A stretch of 64,000 nt of DNA from Parasitella parasitica NRRL 2501 (Eukaryota; Fungi; Mucoromycota). The stretch covers positions 27,350-91,349 of the forward strand of contig MU619315.1 of NCBI GenBank assembly GCA_025201805.1, read 5' to 3'. The notes beneath the pieces were generated by a model, which had not been told where the DNA came from, made no database searches, and worked only from the letters and a program-made list of their open reading frames with translations. Numbering within the stretch: position 1 is the first letter of the stretch; each line of letters opens with the position of its first letter. Of this stretch, positions 25,179-38,316 are shown piece by piece. The translations under genes were made by a program, and so were the position numbers.

Positions 25179-26604
25179 ATGCTTAAAACTTGTATCCGAT
25201 TATTGCTTGTGTGGGTAGTTTTGCATCCTGCCAGTTGCATTCGAACACAAACTCCTGGCCCAGATGCTTCATGGCCAATCATATACTCTAGCAACGGAGA
25301 GTCGGATGTAACAGCTAATGATTATGACCAGATAGGCCCAGATTTGAGACGGAAAATACACGAATACGACCTGTTACCTGCCTCCAGAAAAGTGCTTCGA
25401 TACAGTGCAAATACTCCAGAATTCTTGGATGGTCAATTCCACGCTGCTTTATGCAGAACATCCAATTGCAGAGCCAGCTTTGATAAGTGGGATTGTGGGG
25501 AACTTTGTGAAACTTACTTGCCTGACGGCCAAGTTTTACGAGCATTCAGTACGTTTCCTATGGGTGTTACTGGAAACATAGTGCTATCTCATCAGTAAGA
25601 CATATGCATATTTTAATGTAACTTTATTGACCCTTGTAATACAGGAAAAAGACAATATACGTGCTGGTGAGAGGAGCATCGTCTGTCCGAAACAAAATCA
25701 CCGCAAGTAGCAACCGACTAGTCGTTGACCAAGATGTATATCAACATTTCTTGAATAGGTTTCTAATATCAAGCTTGTGGATCACCCGTTCATTGAAGGT
25801 GCTAAAGTGCAAGAAGGTCTGTGGGGGGGGGGCAAGATATATATATATGTGATTGCCCGTATAAACTGACCCAAATGAACATCTAGGGCTTTTGGGAGCT
25901 GTGAGAGACATTTATAAGATTGTGCACACTGCTTTATACGACCAGTTATCATTGACACCTGACTACAAGGTGGATGTCACTGGGTAGGCTTTGTGTTTAG
26001 GTTTACAAGATACTTGTGCACATATTTAATTCGGTTGATAGGCATTCATTTGGCGCTGGAGTTGGATCATTATTAGTAGCTGAGCTGAACCATCGACTTG
26101 ATCTAGTAAACTCTACTAATTTATCTGGCCATTTGATGGGCAAGGCCAGAGTTGGAACATACAAATATGCTGCTTATTTCGCACAGCAGAATCTCAGTAT
26201 TCGCAGATATGTTGAAGAGGGAGATGACATTGTACATTACCCTGATATTCGGGATGGTTACGTGGTAGGTGTAATGGACAATGTTTTTAACAGATCAATT
26301 TCATTAAACATGCTAGTTACGCTAGCACGAAGGCGATGAATATTGGCTTGAAAATGCAATTATACAAGAAATGTGTAAGTTACAAAGGAACCAGAGTAAA
26401 GATTGTAGGTTAACAGATGTGCAGTGGTATGCCCTGGCCCGTACGAAACTAGAGATTGCTCAAACAGAGTCAGATATACAAAGTCTACGCAGCATTTAAT
26501 GTACGTTCATTTTTATAGCAGCCACACTATCTAACACTAACCCTGTTTCTAGCTATTGGAATATCATTCAGAATTGCGATACTGACTTTAACAACATTAT
26601 TTAA
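25179..26604 (+). CDS. Secreted class-3 lipase-like protein (paralog B), multi-exon
   Basis: Signal peptide, WDCGELC, GHSFG, GKARVG, RYVEEGDD, HEGDEYW, CPGPYETRDCS, HLIYW; intron positions shared with paralog A. Confidence 0.85.
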
Positions 26605-26706
26605 TAATAATGTATACAAACAAGCAAACGGCATATATATACAGTAAAATTATGTTTATTCTTAATAAACTTAAACGGTCAAATTTAAAATTTACAGCGT
26701 ATTTTG

Positions 26707-27558
26707 CTAACGATTGGCAAACATTTGAGATAAACTGGGCATGTCTGCCAGCATTTTTTGAGCATCTGCTTGAGACTTGCTCATCTCGTTAGCTGCTTCA
26801 GGATCCATATCTTGTAACGACTTCATCATTTTTGGCATAAAGAACATCATGATGGCACTGAATCCCATCATGAGCATCATAGGGTTTTTGAACATAGCCA
26901 TAAGGTTGAATCCTTGACGTTGCTAAGTCATAAATTACGGTTAGAGTCAGGTATATCAAAAGTAATATGGAGCTCCTCCCCCCCCCCTTGTATAAGTTTT
27001 TACCATGAAATATTCAGCTTCTGCCTTGGCTTGAATCTCTAGTGGATAAACAACGGAGTATCCTCTTTGATTCCAATCAATACCGAGCCCCGTATATGCT
27101 GCCTGAACCTGATTCTCCTGGCTAATATCGATTCGAATTTTCGGAAATACATGCTCAATACTTTGAACCTCCAACAGATAAGAGCCTGGTTGGACGTGGA
27201 GGCTGTTTTGTGTAAGAATGTGCTTTGGCAATCAAATAAACCCTTCTATCGTATAAAAACCTACATGTTGAATTCACCATTTGATCGAATATGGGTTATA
27301 TACTGTGCACCGTTGAGCACAATTCTTGTGGTAGAAGAGTCGATTTTTGACACGTCTGCGATAGTCAGTAAATACTGCAGGTTGTCCAAGATAATACATA
27401 CCATTCAAAATAGCATTCGGTATAATTTTTCCGTGGATATCGAACGCGGATGCTATCACAACTAATAAACTGATGTGGCATTAGTTTTTGTTCATCATGA
27501 GACTGATCCATTGTTTTTCTTGCAAATACCTTGTGATTAACACACTGAATAATTTCAT
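26707..27558 (-). CDS. EMC7: ER membrane protein complex subunit 7
   Basis: Signal peptide, PGSYLLEV, FPKIRIDI, MFKNPMMLMMG..FFMPKMM. Confidence 0.9.
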
Positions 27559-27748
27559 ATTTTGTAACAAAAAAAAAATAAGATATTGCACAACACACGA
27601 CGAGTATGGTGCACTATCACTTTTTTTTAAGTATCCGCAAATCAGCACTTCATGTAAGAAATGTTGATCACATATAAAGTGATACAAAGTCTTCCAGGGC
27701 GCTTTTCTCTTATCTCCTGTCAACTTTTTTTTTTCTTTTTCTAGCCAA

Positions 27749-28672
27749 ATGGTTGCTTCTATTATGGATGCTAAATGTGCTTGGGCTGTAGTCCTGACAA
27801 GTTCCAACAACTACATCAAGGGCGTCATTGCTCTTAAACACGCGCTGCATGATTTACACAAGAGTAGATATCCATTGCTAGTTTTGTATACACCGGCCGT
27901 AGTTCCTGAGGTCGTTGAAACCTTGATTGATATCGGTTGTGCCGTCAAGCCTATAGATCCAATTCACCCAATGGGTAAGGCTGAATATAAATTCGAGCGA
28001 TTTGTAGAAACATGGACCAAATTGGCTGTGTGGAAACAAGAGGAATACAGCCGATTAGTCTTGTTGGATGCCGATATGCTGCCTTTGCAAAATATGGATG
28101 AGCTCATGCATTTAGATTTGCCGGATAAGGATTGGGTGGCTGCTTCTTACGCCTGTGTATGTAATCCTCAAAAGATCAAACACTATCCTCGCTCCTGGAT
28201 TCCCGAGAATTGCGCATATACAGGGCGAGATACCACAGCTTGCACCGAAGCAACGCCCATCGATGACAAATCGGGTTATTTTAATAGCGGCCTTATTGTG
28301 TTGACTCCAGATACCACCAAGTTCGATGCTATGGTAGCCTACTTGAACAGCATCGCGGATCTAAACATTTACCCTTTTCCCGATCAAGACTTTCTAAATG
28401 AAATATTCAACTCGAAATGGAAGCCAATTCCATACGTGTATAATGCTCTCAAGACACTTCAATGGGCTCATGAGCCGATGTGGGACGATAAGCAAGTCAA
28501 AAATGTACATTATATCCTGACAAAACCATGGGATGTTGATATTTGTCAGGAGCTGCCCGAATTAGAAAATGTATACAAACCGTTGTACAGACTCTGGTGG
28601 GATAGTTATACGCAAATTACACAAACAATGACCAATATGAAGCGATTGAGCCTTGCAATTTCACCAAAGTGA
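27749..28672 (+). CDS. Glycosyltransferase family 8 (glycogenin/galactinol-synthase-like), intronless
   Basis: TWTKL, LDADML, FNSG, FPDQDFLN, HYILTKPW. Confidence 0.93.
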   Translation: MVASIMDAKCAWAVVLTSSNNYIKGVIALKHALHDLHKSRYPLLVLYTPAVVPEVVETLIDIGCAVKPIDPIHPMGKAEYKFERFVETWTKLAVWKQEEYSRLVLLDADMLPLQNMDELMHLDLPDKDWVAASYACVCNPQKIKHYPRSWIPENCAYTGRDTTACTEATPIDDKSGYFNSGLIVLTPDTTKFDAMVAYLNSIADLNIYPFPDQDFLNEIFNSKWKPIPYVYNALKTLQWAHEPMWDDKQVKNVHYILTKPWDVDICQELPELENVYKPLYRLWWDSYTQITQTMTNMKRLSLAISPK

Positions 28673-28875
28673 TCCTCCATACCTTAACGCTGATCTAGTC
28701 TATAACATTTGGAGAGTCCTGCCTCCCTCCTCTTCCTTTTCCATTTTTTCCCTTTTGTCTTTTCATTTATAATAAAACCCCCCGTTTACCGTTATTTTAG
28801 CCGACTCGCATGTATATATATATATATATTGCTAGAAATTCACTGGATCAATCATTAAATCAAATACACATCCAA

Positions 28876-30275
28876 ATGGTTCCACTCCCGCCAAAACACA
28901 GATCATTCATTACCTGTGAAGCAGGCCTCAAATCTGGCAATTTTCCAGCGCCTGAAGGCTTCAGTCTGGTGACATCCCATATCTACATCAAGTTTATCGT
29001 CTTTTTCGAGAATACCAAGAACGACCCTCAATTTATGAACCCAACTTGGTTCAAGTCCAAGTTACAGGAAGCTTTAAACCTGCATCATCCGTACACTGGC
29101 CGTTTGATCAAAAAGGAGAACGGTAGATATGAAATTGGCCATTTTGACAGGGGCGCTTTATTCGAAGTTTGTGATTCTGCAGACGACTTTCAGCAATGGA
29201 AGAAAAGCAATTTTTCATACAATGTAGTTCCGTATGAAGATTTGATCCCTATTAAAGAGTACGTCGGTAGAGACTCTGCTTTGTTTGGCGCTCGCTTGAC
29301 TTTTACTAGGAACGGTGGCTGTGCTCTTGCCATGTCAGCCCATCACAAGATTGCAGACGGCATCTGTTTGACGCAAATGCTTGATAAATTCACTCGAATC
29401 TGTCGCGGAGAGGGCCTTGATGAAGACGAGATTTGCCTTTACACAGATAGAATGAGGAAGCCTGTAAAGCCACTTCCGAATGTAGACCATAGCATCTTGT
29501 ATCCTCGTTATGCGCCTGGAGAGGCTCCTGCCCCTACCATTCAGCCTGCTCCCTCCAAGAAACTTATTTTTGAATTCGAGAAAACTGCGCTCAACAAGCT
29601 GAAGAAAAGTGTCATGGAATCTGGGGATGACCCCAAAGTGAAATTGACTCAGTTTGAAGTGTTGGCAGCCATGATCCACAAAGCCATTATCAAAGCTAGA
29701 AGAGACGAACCTGATCAATTAGCTGACTTGCTGTGCATTGTGAGCCAAAGGCATTTCCATCCTGACGAGAATATGATGAACTATTTTGGAAACTACATTG
29801 TGTAAGTTTCTCGCTTATTGACTAGTTCTACAAATGGTATCAAAAGATTCTTACTTGCGAACATAGACCTGTGCCTGTCCCTTTTACCGCAAAAGAAGCC
29901 CTCGATAAAGGTTTGTTTCAAGTCGCCAAGGAACTAGGGGAAAGCATCCGATCCATGAATGTACCTTATATGGAGTCTCTTGAGCACTACATCAACACAT
30001 GCGAAAACGTTGAAGAGATTACCAGCCCTATCAGCCGCTTAGGACGTGGAGGCATTGGCATTTCGGATTGGTCTAGATTTGTGAATAACTATGACATTGG
30101 TCATGGACAAGTACTATGTCTTCGAAGCTTTGTTGATACTTCACCAATTCCTCTTATTACCATTATGCCTTACAAAGCTGATACAGTGGATGTGGTTATC
30201 CAACTTGATACCAAGAGTTTGAAGAGATTAGTCCAGGATCGTGAATTTATGGCCTATGTAAAGTCCATCAATTAG
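28876..30275 (+). CDS. BAHD/Tri101-type CoA-dependent acyltransferase, 2 exons
   Basis: HHKIADG (HxxxDG), YFGN, ISDWSR and YDIGHG (DFGWG-like). Confidence 0.85.
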
Positions 30276-30456
30276 TCTTAATCTTCAATTACCATATAGA
30301 TATACTTTGTAAAACAGATAATAAAGTTTGTTTTGTTTCTAATAAAAAAAAGGGGGGGGGGGCATTTGATAGATCGAATGTATTACCCGAGTATGTATAT
30401 AAAAGCTTTATTATTTTCTGTGTATATATGTATAATGAAAATGCGATACCGTAGAA

Positions 30457-32953
30457 TCAAGAGATCATAGAGGTAGGGGTGCTCAAATGCTTATTACTGC
30501 TTCTTTCAGCACTTTTGCCAATGTCATTCGTGCAGTAATAATCAATGTTGATAAGTGCTGCCTTGCCAAAACCTTCATAAGAAAGCTCTTTGTTACAGAG
30601 AATGATTTGTTTATAAATTCGTTCCATTCCTGGCATTTCAGGACGGTTCTGAAAGGCTGTTCAAACCATATTAGTATTTTTNNNNNNNNNNNNNNNNNNN
30701 NNNNNNNNNNNNNNNNNNNNNNNNNNNNNNNNNNNNACCTAATATAGCTGCATTCACATCGGTAGCCAAAGCATCTCTTCTCGATATTTCCAACAAATTG
30801 GCAACTGGACTACTATAAGGGTCATCGTAGGCCAGCAACGAAAAGATTTCCTTGATTGCGTTTTAGTAAAAAAACACCTTCTGTAACCATGCGCTATGCC
30901 ATCATTTTACTCACCACAAGACTGGATCTTGTTTTCCCTCGGATATCATGTTGATATTCCTTTTGCAGCGTTTGCCCATATTGCATAACCAACTTTAATG
31001 AATTCGCAGCCTCAGCGCTAGTTGTATCATTTTCCCCTTCCATTGCTGTTGCCGTAAAATGATTCCCATTTGATGTATTGCTGCTGTTTGCACTTGTCAT
31101 GTTTGTGCACTTGCTACTTACATTTCCTTCAGTAGATCTAGTGGTGTCGGAAACTGTGTCTATATGATCGTCATCCAAGTCCATATTTTCAGTTTGTTGG
31201 CGAGGTGTCTCTGTGCTACTAGAAGGTGACAAAGAAGCAGCCATTGCTGCATAGCTCAAGCGTCTTCCCGGTGGTGGAATAGAATTTGTGTGGTACTGTG
31301 TCGTAGACGGTCCTGAAACTGAATTGGATCTCTGTGTGCGATCCTCATTGGCATTCAGCAATTGGTCTGGTGCGTCTGATGATATTCTACTGTCTACTGA
31401 GGCTGTTCTTAATCGTCTACTTTTGTTACAGTCGCAATAATCTCGCATCATTTCAATAAATTTTCCACACTTCAAAGCTAGCTGTAATTCCTCTCCACGC
31501 CCCTCTTCTTGCAAAACGCCAGGAAAATACTCGTCGATCAATGCAATAGCTTGATCAATATCCCCATGGATAATTGCGGATCTAATCACTGTGAAGTGCT
31601 GTAAATATGTATTCGAAATGCAATCGCCAGAAAGTAGACTTACATTGTCTTTCTTCCATGTCCTTTTCACCCTCTTGAATCATGCCATTGTTCGAAGACA
31701 AGAATAATTCTTGACCAGATACATGGCCAGCATTTTGTACAACAGCCTTTGCTGTTCCTGTATATCCATGATGGATTAAATATGATAAAATCAATTGATC
31801 CATTACCAACTTTGAGTTCGGTTCTTCCCTTTCACCAGTTGATGTTTTAGTCCTGCTTAAAGTGATTTCATCGATAAATTTAATTCGTTGATCCTATGTT
31901 TACAATCAGAAGTGTGTCTAGACTGAATGAGACGATGCTTACATTGACATATTGTGCGATATCAAAAACGAATGGCTCATGACCGAAATTTGCCGTAACT
32001 TGTTCACCGGGTGTGCGCAACCCGATAGCAGGAAATATCGCCTGACTCAAATTCATGTCTGTAAATGCGACCCCTAGAAATTTGCCGTTTTTGGTGTAGA
32101 AAGCTGAATTGTCTGCAAAATTGACGCCACATCCAATAACATCGCCAGTGGTGAAGCATGGCCCATAATTCTTTCCGGTTCCAGAACCAGCAAATGAATG
32201 GCCATCATCGCCATGATAGCCCCAAGAATCTGCATCCCAGCCTGGCAACCTTTCGACTTTGTTGGACGCTCCACAAAGCCCAATTCCAATATAGCCATCG
32301 TCTCCTTTGGAGATCACTTTCATCTCGTAGTAAAATATTCCACATTGAGGCCGTATTGGGAAATTTGTTCTTGCGAGGGCTGCATGTGTTTCTTGTTTAC
32401 CAGGACCTTGTTNNNNNNNNNNNNNNNNNNNNNNNNNNNNNNNNNNNNNNNNNNNNNNNNNNNNNNNNNNNNNNNNNNNNNNNNNNNNNNNNAAAAAAAA
32501 AAAAAAAAAAAAAAAAAATAACAACAATTCAATTCATGCAAATTTCTGTGTGCAAAATAATTTCAACTCACCAATATATGATAAATCTATACCATTATAG
32601 CCAATTTCGATGTTTTTAGATTTATCTCTCGGGTTCCACAATGTGGGCAGGCGCAAGTCCAATTCCTCTAGTTGCTTTTCCTCCAAGCAGGTTGTTGTGG
32701 ACTTTTTATTCGCATTATTAGGAAGAGGTTTGATTTCATGCTTTTGTTGATGAAATCTGTATTGTTCGAGGGCTAATTTCCCATAAAGCGTCTGCTTCAG
32801 ATAGTTGGGGATTTTCGGTGGCGCTATCGAACGCTGAATGAATGAAGGCGATGTGGGATGATGGTGCGCACTTGCTCGTCGCTGCGAAATTAGTCCACTT
32901 TGATGCAAAGCTGGAAAAGATGCATTGTATGTGGGAGTAATAGAGTAGTTCAT
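30457..32953 (-). CDS. RanBP9/10-like SPRY-LisH-CTLH-CRA protein (CTLH/GID complex)
   Basis: SPRY: FYYEMKVISKG, LPGWDADSWGYHGDDG, GDVIGCG; LisH: LILSYLIHHGY; CTLH: GDIDQAI; CRA: SLLAYDDP; two N gaps within the gene. Confidence 0.9.
30682..30736. other. Assembly gap
   Basis: N run. Confidence 0.99.
32413..32492. other. Assembly gap
   Basis: N run next to poly-A. Confidence 0.99.
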
Positions 32954-33523
32954 TTGATGGTTTATAAAAAGTATAGTACTCGGGAAAAGTGCAGAAAAGA
33001 AGCGCATGTAATACGATTTTTATTCTATTTGAAACAAGAATGGCGTACGTCACCGAGCTTAATTCACACACACATTTGCAACTGAATGAGAGGCGTCCAC
33101 TTTACGAGCATGATTTGCTGAGCAAAAGTTTCCTTGAATGACTAATACAATGGCCAAGTGTATTTTCATTGTGATTATCACCTTAGTTTTTCACTATGCA
33201 TGATTTTCTAAATGCATTAGAAAAGGTCATTGGTATGCCGAGTGAAAGCGAAATGATAAAGCTGACACTTCTTTTCCAACATGCGTTTTTGTTGGATACT
33301 GTCCATTGTGCATTGCCCAAAAAAAAAAAAGAAAAGAAAAACAAACAAGCATGTTGAAAGTTTCATTGTTATTCAAATTCATATGTGCATGTCTTTTCAA
33401 TGTAAGTATCTTTGCAAACATTTTCTGCTCGATTATTTAGAAACAAGCTTGGCCCCAGTCACGAAGAGTGTAAAATCCCTTGTCTCTTAGCAACAGATCT
33501 TTTCTTGACATTAGACTGTTGCC

Positions 33524-35347
33524 ATGGTTTACGCAGAAGCAGAAGCAGAAGCAGAAGCAGAGCAGATTGACCACATTGATCTAGACAAAGAATTAGACCA
33601 AAAATGCAATATTGAAGGGAAAAAAAAGAAGAAAAAGTCCAACAACAGCAAGAAGAAGCCCGCTGCTCCCATTTCACAGCATTACGAGCGAGCCCTTGCT
33701 TCTTATCCTGTCAAATTGAACAACTCCAAAGCAAAAGGTCGACATGCGGTTGCGCAATGTAATCTAGAAGAAGGTATCACCTTGTGTCAAGAACAAGCAA
33801 CAGCTTTTGTCGTTCGATCCCAGTATATTGACCAGCAATGCCATGTTTGTTTATCTGATTTGGAGCAGAAAATGATGTGCTCTGATTGCAAAAAGGCATT
33901 TTACTGCTCTCAAGGTTGTTTAGAAAAAGATAACGACTTGCATGTCTTGGCTTGTCGTCCTATTGCACAAGTAGAGGCCATTGGACACGCTACAGATGTT
34001 GAAGCTGATCTGCTTCGTTTGATGACCCTGCTGATGGCTCGCAGATACCTTGATACGCAAAACAAAGACATCAAAGAGGGTGATATTCAACCTACACCTT
34101 ATTGGTGTGTAGAGGATCTAATTAGCCACAGAGAGAATGCAGAGCCAGCGTTCATAAAAGTTCTCGCTGAAGCATGTAAGCTTTATCGTCCCAAATATAC
34201 TTGTGGGCAATATGTTTTTAACCGCATCCTTATCCTTATTATAATCTTAGCGCAGAGATTAGTGGTGGAAATGCCTGAGGAAATTCAAACCACTGTGGAA
34301 GAAATGGTTACGCTCGCTTGCAGGTATCATTGAATCAAAATGAAAAATGCCGAGATCCTTTTCATATACTAAATCGCTACTAGAATCAACTCGAACGCAC
34401 ATGGTTTGGGCGATAACCATTCTCGTAATACTGATGTCGCTTTAGGCGTGTTTCCTCTTGGTGCCCTATTTTTTAATCATGGCTGCAATCCCAACACAGC
34501 GTTCATTGGATTATCGAATGGACAACTAGCATTTAGGACAATCAGGCCTGTTGCAAAAGACGAAGAGCTAGTCGTGAGCTATCTAGATCTCTATTCTGAC
34601 CGTGATGAGCGAAGGCAGGAGCTCTTGCAGTCGAAACATTTTTGGTGTAAATGTAAACGTTGCGCGGGGCCCATGGAAAAATCTGTGGACCGCTTCCTTC
34701 AGGGTGTTGTTTGCACACAATGTAAAGAGGATGTATATGTTATTCCAGCAACTTCATTGGAGCATCTGTCAAAAGGTAACCGTGCCCTGTACATGGAACA
34801 AGGTAGCTTCAAATGCGCCAAATGCGAATCCGAAATTGCCTGCGATCAAGTAAGGGAGACTTTAGACAATGCCAATAAATCTTACATGCTCGGTATGAGT
34901 GCAATTCGTCAAGAACGCAATTATAAACGGGGAGCAGAGAAGCTGGAGCAAATCATCAAGCATAACGGTACGATTGGAGGAGGATTGCATACGTTGAATG
35001 CCTTCAGGTTGAATTCTCTCATCCCTTTAATGAATTGCAAGCGACGTAATAATGATTTGAAGGGCGCCATTGATGTAAACAAATCAATCATTGGTTTGAT
35101 GGCGCAGTATGCTGTGAATGGAACATTACCAGCAAATACATCGGAAATCTCGGATTTCTGGCAAAATTTGGGCGAACTTTGTTCGGAACTAGCCAACGAT
35201 ACCAAAGGGCGCAGTTCGATATTAGAGAAGAAATGGCTCAAAGAGGCCAAAGCTGCGTTTTTACAAGCCTTGAATGTTCGCACTGTAGTCTTTGGCAAAA
35301 ATCATCCTAAAACAAAGTCTATTGAAATTTCTTTGGCTCGTTTATAA
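33524..35347 (+). CDS. SET and MYND domain lysine methyltransferase (SMYD-like)
   Basis: KGRHAVA, MYND CHVC..CSDC...YCSQGC, FFNHGCNPN, ELVVSY, post-SET FWCKCKRC, TPR-like tail FGKNHP; N-terminal (GCAGAA)n encodes EAEAEA. Confidence 0.92.
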
Positions 35348-35520
35348 AGAAGCAATGATTCATATTTTCTTTATAATTGTTATTTCTTGAATAAAAAGAT
35401 ATATATAGACTAGCGTTTTGTTTTTATTTCATATACATTGTTGGTGCAAACAACTTCAGTATACTGTCATTTTGCAGTTTCTAAAAAAAAAAAAGCTCAA
35501 GTAAATCATATAATAATGTA

Positions 35521-38316
35521 TATAATGGTTTCTGGTAACAAACCTTTTATTTCTGATAAAAGCCAAGAAGTTTCTGAGAGAAGAGAAGCAAATGCTTTGT
35601 TTCATTCATAATAAAAAATACAAAGAGAATGTGCTGTGAAATAAGCTATCTACATCATGCCTTTAAATTCAAGGTAGTCTTTAAAAAAGTTTACGGTTGT
35701 CTAATGACAAACATCTGTGATTCTGGGTGTAAGTGGGTCTGTTGACTTTGGATCAAAAACCTTTAATTGGATTCAGGAATAGAGAACAAGGTTGAAGATA
35801 AGCTTTATTTATGTCCTTAGGATTACATAAGTTTCTATACAAATAATTTTTTATGAATGGGTGCGTTGTCCTAGTGGCAGATTGTTTCCTTTTCTCTGGC
35901 ACTTTCTTCTACCTTTAGTTGATCTGGCGTCTTCTAGTGTAGAAGGTCTTGTCAGACAAGTACCAAGCTGGTTTCTCTATATCCAGTTTCACAGTATAAC
36001 AGCTAGTCAAGCCTGTGTCTTCTTTTCCATAACACTGGAATGGTTCAAAAGTTTGTGTCTTTGTAAAGCCAGCGTAGATTTTAAGCGTCTGTTTTTTTTT
36101 TGGCCTACGCGAACTTTAGTGTGCTATTGTCAGGAAAAAAGACAAAAACTGTAAGAAAACAATGCTTAGCGATTTCAGACACAAAAACAAGTAATTCAAA
36201 GTAATCTATTGGACTATAAGACACCTTTTGATTACATATTTGCATAGCTTAGAGCAAGCTTTTGTACTTTTCAAGTCGACAACAGATGAAGGTAACGACT
36301 TTTCTGACTTTTTTTCGGAAAAGTTTTTTTCAAAATCGGAGCGTGAGATCGCCAGGCCAGGTACAAACATGCAAGTACTACCATTAGAAAGCCAAAAAGC
36401 ACACCATTTAAATAAAGTAGTTTGAAATTGTTTTCTCTTGAATTGGGTAATTTGTGGCTTCTCAAAGCTAATGCTTTCTTCAAAATAGCATCATTTTTCA
36501 TTGATAGCGGAGATTAAACGCGTCCAAAATCAGAAAGAAAACATTCTTTCAAAAACTCCATTTGGATATTTCGAAAACAAAATTACTTCTTTGAGGCAAG
36601 ATATCATTCTTTGATACTATGCATACCACGGCTGTCAGTCTATGATAATAGCTGTATTTTTGGGCGCTCTACACGATGATATAATTTCATAATCCCCATA
36701 TGCTTATGAAAGAAATTATGCTGAGAAAACCTCAAAACATATCAAGAGGGAAAAGTCAATATTTTGCTTAATCAGAGCACATTTTTAGTCTTTCAGATCA
36801 AGGAATGGTCTTTTACGATCATTTTCCTCAAATATATGCTATAGTAAAAAGTCGCATTTTTGAGGTCTAAATCGAGGATAATGCATAATCGATGATTTTG
36901 GATGTGTGGATACAAGGAAAAAATCGAAAAAATCCGTCATTTTGCATCGAAAAAAAAATCATGCTCAAATTGCACCAAAATCATATATAATATAGTTGTT
37001 TACCAATGGATACTATTTTTCGTGTTTTCAGGGCACTTTTGATTATGAAAATTAATCAAAAAAATGGCTCATCAAGCTAACGTTTTTGCTTTTAAGCTGT
37101 AAAAATATCTTTCTGGAGATGATATCACGTCAATATCAATTCCACAGCTCTATAAAGTAGGTATTTTTGATGCCACAAGTATACCTTTCTTCATAGTAAA
37201 ATGATAAAGCAGGCATGGCTCAATGAGTAAGAAGTAGAAGAGAATAATTAATGAATGCAATGTTTTGCTGTAATAGTCTCTTGTTATTTGTGAATAATTC
37301 ATGAGTTGCTAATTGCTAGTGACAGAGGATGCTTAATGTTAGTTCAAGAGTTCCTTTCTCTGTAGTTTTAATGTCAAACGTGTAAAATAAAAAGTAAAAT
37401 AGAGGTTAGGATTGAAGTTAAGGGTAATTTTACCATCAAAAGTTAAGCTTCATAATAAGCTACTGGTAGATTCCAGGTTTCAGGCACTGTACTGTAAAGT
37501 ATCTCGCTGTACCAAACACATTTTTGTACACCAAACCGTCCGTTATAACGAGTCTCGACTGTACATTCTTTCCTCAATATTGGATACGCTGACTTAACTC
37601 GACATAAAATGATATTACGAAGTTATAGAGATTGTCATTTGCTTGAATATGCTACAATTTTTGAAAAGACATATAATTGAAGGAGAAAACAGAATGAAAT
37701 GGTCGGTTTAAACTTAAATTCAGGAAACAGCCATTGCGTAAATGCATAATTTGAAGAATACGTCCAACTTTATGCCTTACTAGTGTATCCACTTTGATAC
37801 TTTGATGGTTTTGTAATTTAATTTAAATACCTGTGTAGTTCTATAGACTTGTCTAAATATTTGAGTTTATTTAGATGTCTAATACCTAACTGCTATTTCA
37901 GAAAAAATTTATCAACATCTAAACATTATAAAATTCAAACAGTTTTGTATTGTAGCCCGTTGGTGATTGTTCAGTTTCAGGTATCTAAAATACATGCACG
38001 CCGACAGTGTTGATAAAGAATTTTAATTGTATTAAAAAATGGAATAATGAAGAACCCAAATAGTCATTCATTTAAAAATGCCAATTGCTCTAGCACAATG
38101 GCGGTTTGATCAAAAATAAGATAATAAGAGTGTTGCAATTTTGTATATCACTATAAAACGTTCACTATTTTTGGGCATTTTAATCCAAAATAGAAATCTA
38201 GAAATGCGATTGTATTTAATACTTCTCTGAAATATTGTTAGGGGGACATTTCTCTTCTCTCCAAAACCTATCAGTTTTTATCAGAAGTGAAAGGTTTGTT
38301 ATCAGGAACCTTAATA
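35521..38316 (-). mobile_element. Decayed Tc1/mariner (IS630-like) DNA transposon with both TIRs
   Basis: Imperfect 61-bp inverted repeats at 35527-35587 and 38250-38310 (50/61 identical by manual alignment) in TA-rich flanks; minus-strand relic DNAPIHK ... YLQPCSLFLNPIKGF*SKV at about 35745-35870, matching DNAxxH...LPPYSPxLNPIExxWSxxK. Confidence 0.8.
36038..37192 (+). repeat. 1155-bp dispersed element, copy 1, nested in the Tc1 relic
   Basis: Reverse complement of 48250-49404; the ORF track gives the same 65-aa and 76-aa ORFs on opposite strands. Confidence 0.93.

Noticed and set aside
36228-36501. 65-aa and 76-aa ORFs in the repeated element as real genes
   Set aside because: Short, overlapping on opposite strands and motif-free; they recur only because the DNA is duplicated.
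35523-38314. PIF/Harbinger assignment from an apparent TAA TSD
   Set aside because: The internal relic has Tc1/IS630 motifs, and the TA-rich flanks make TAA matches uninformative.
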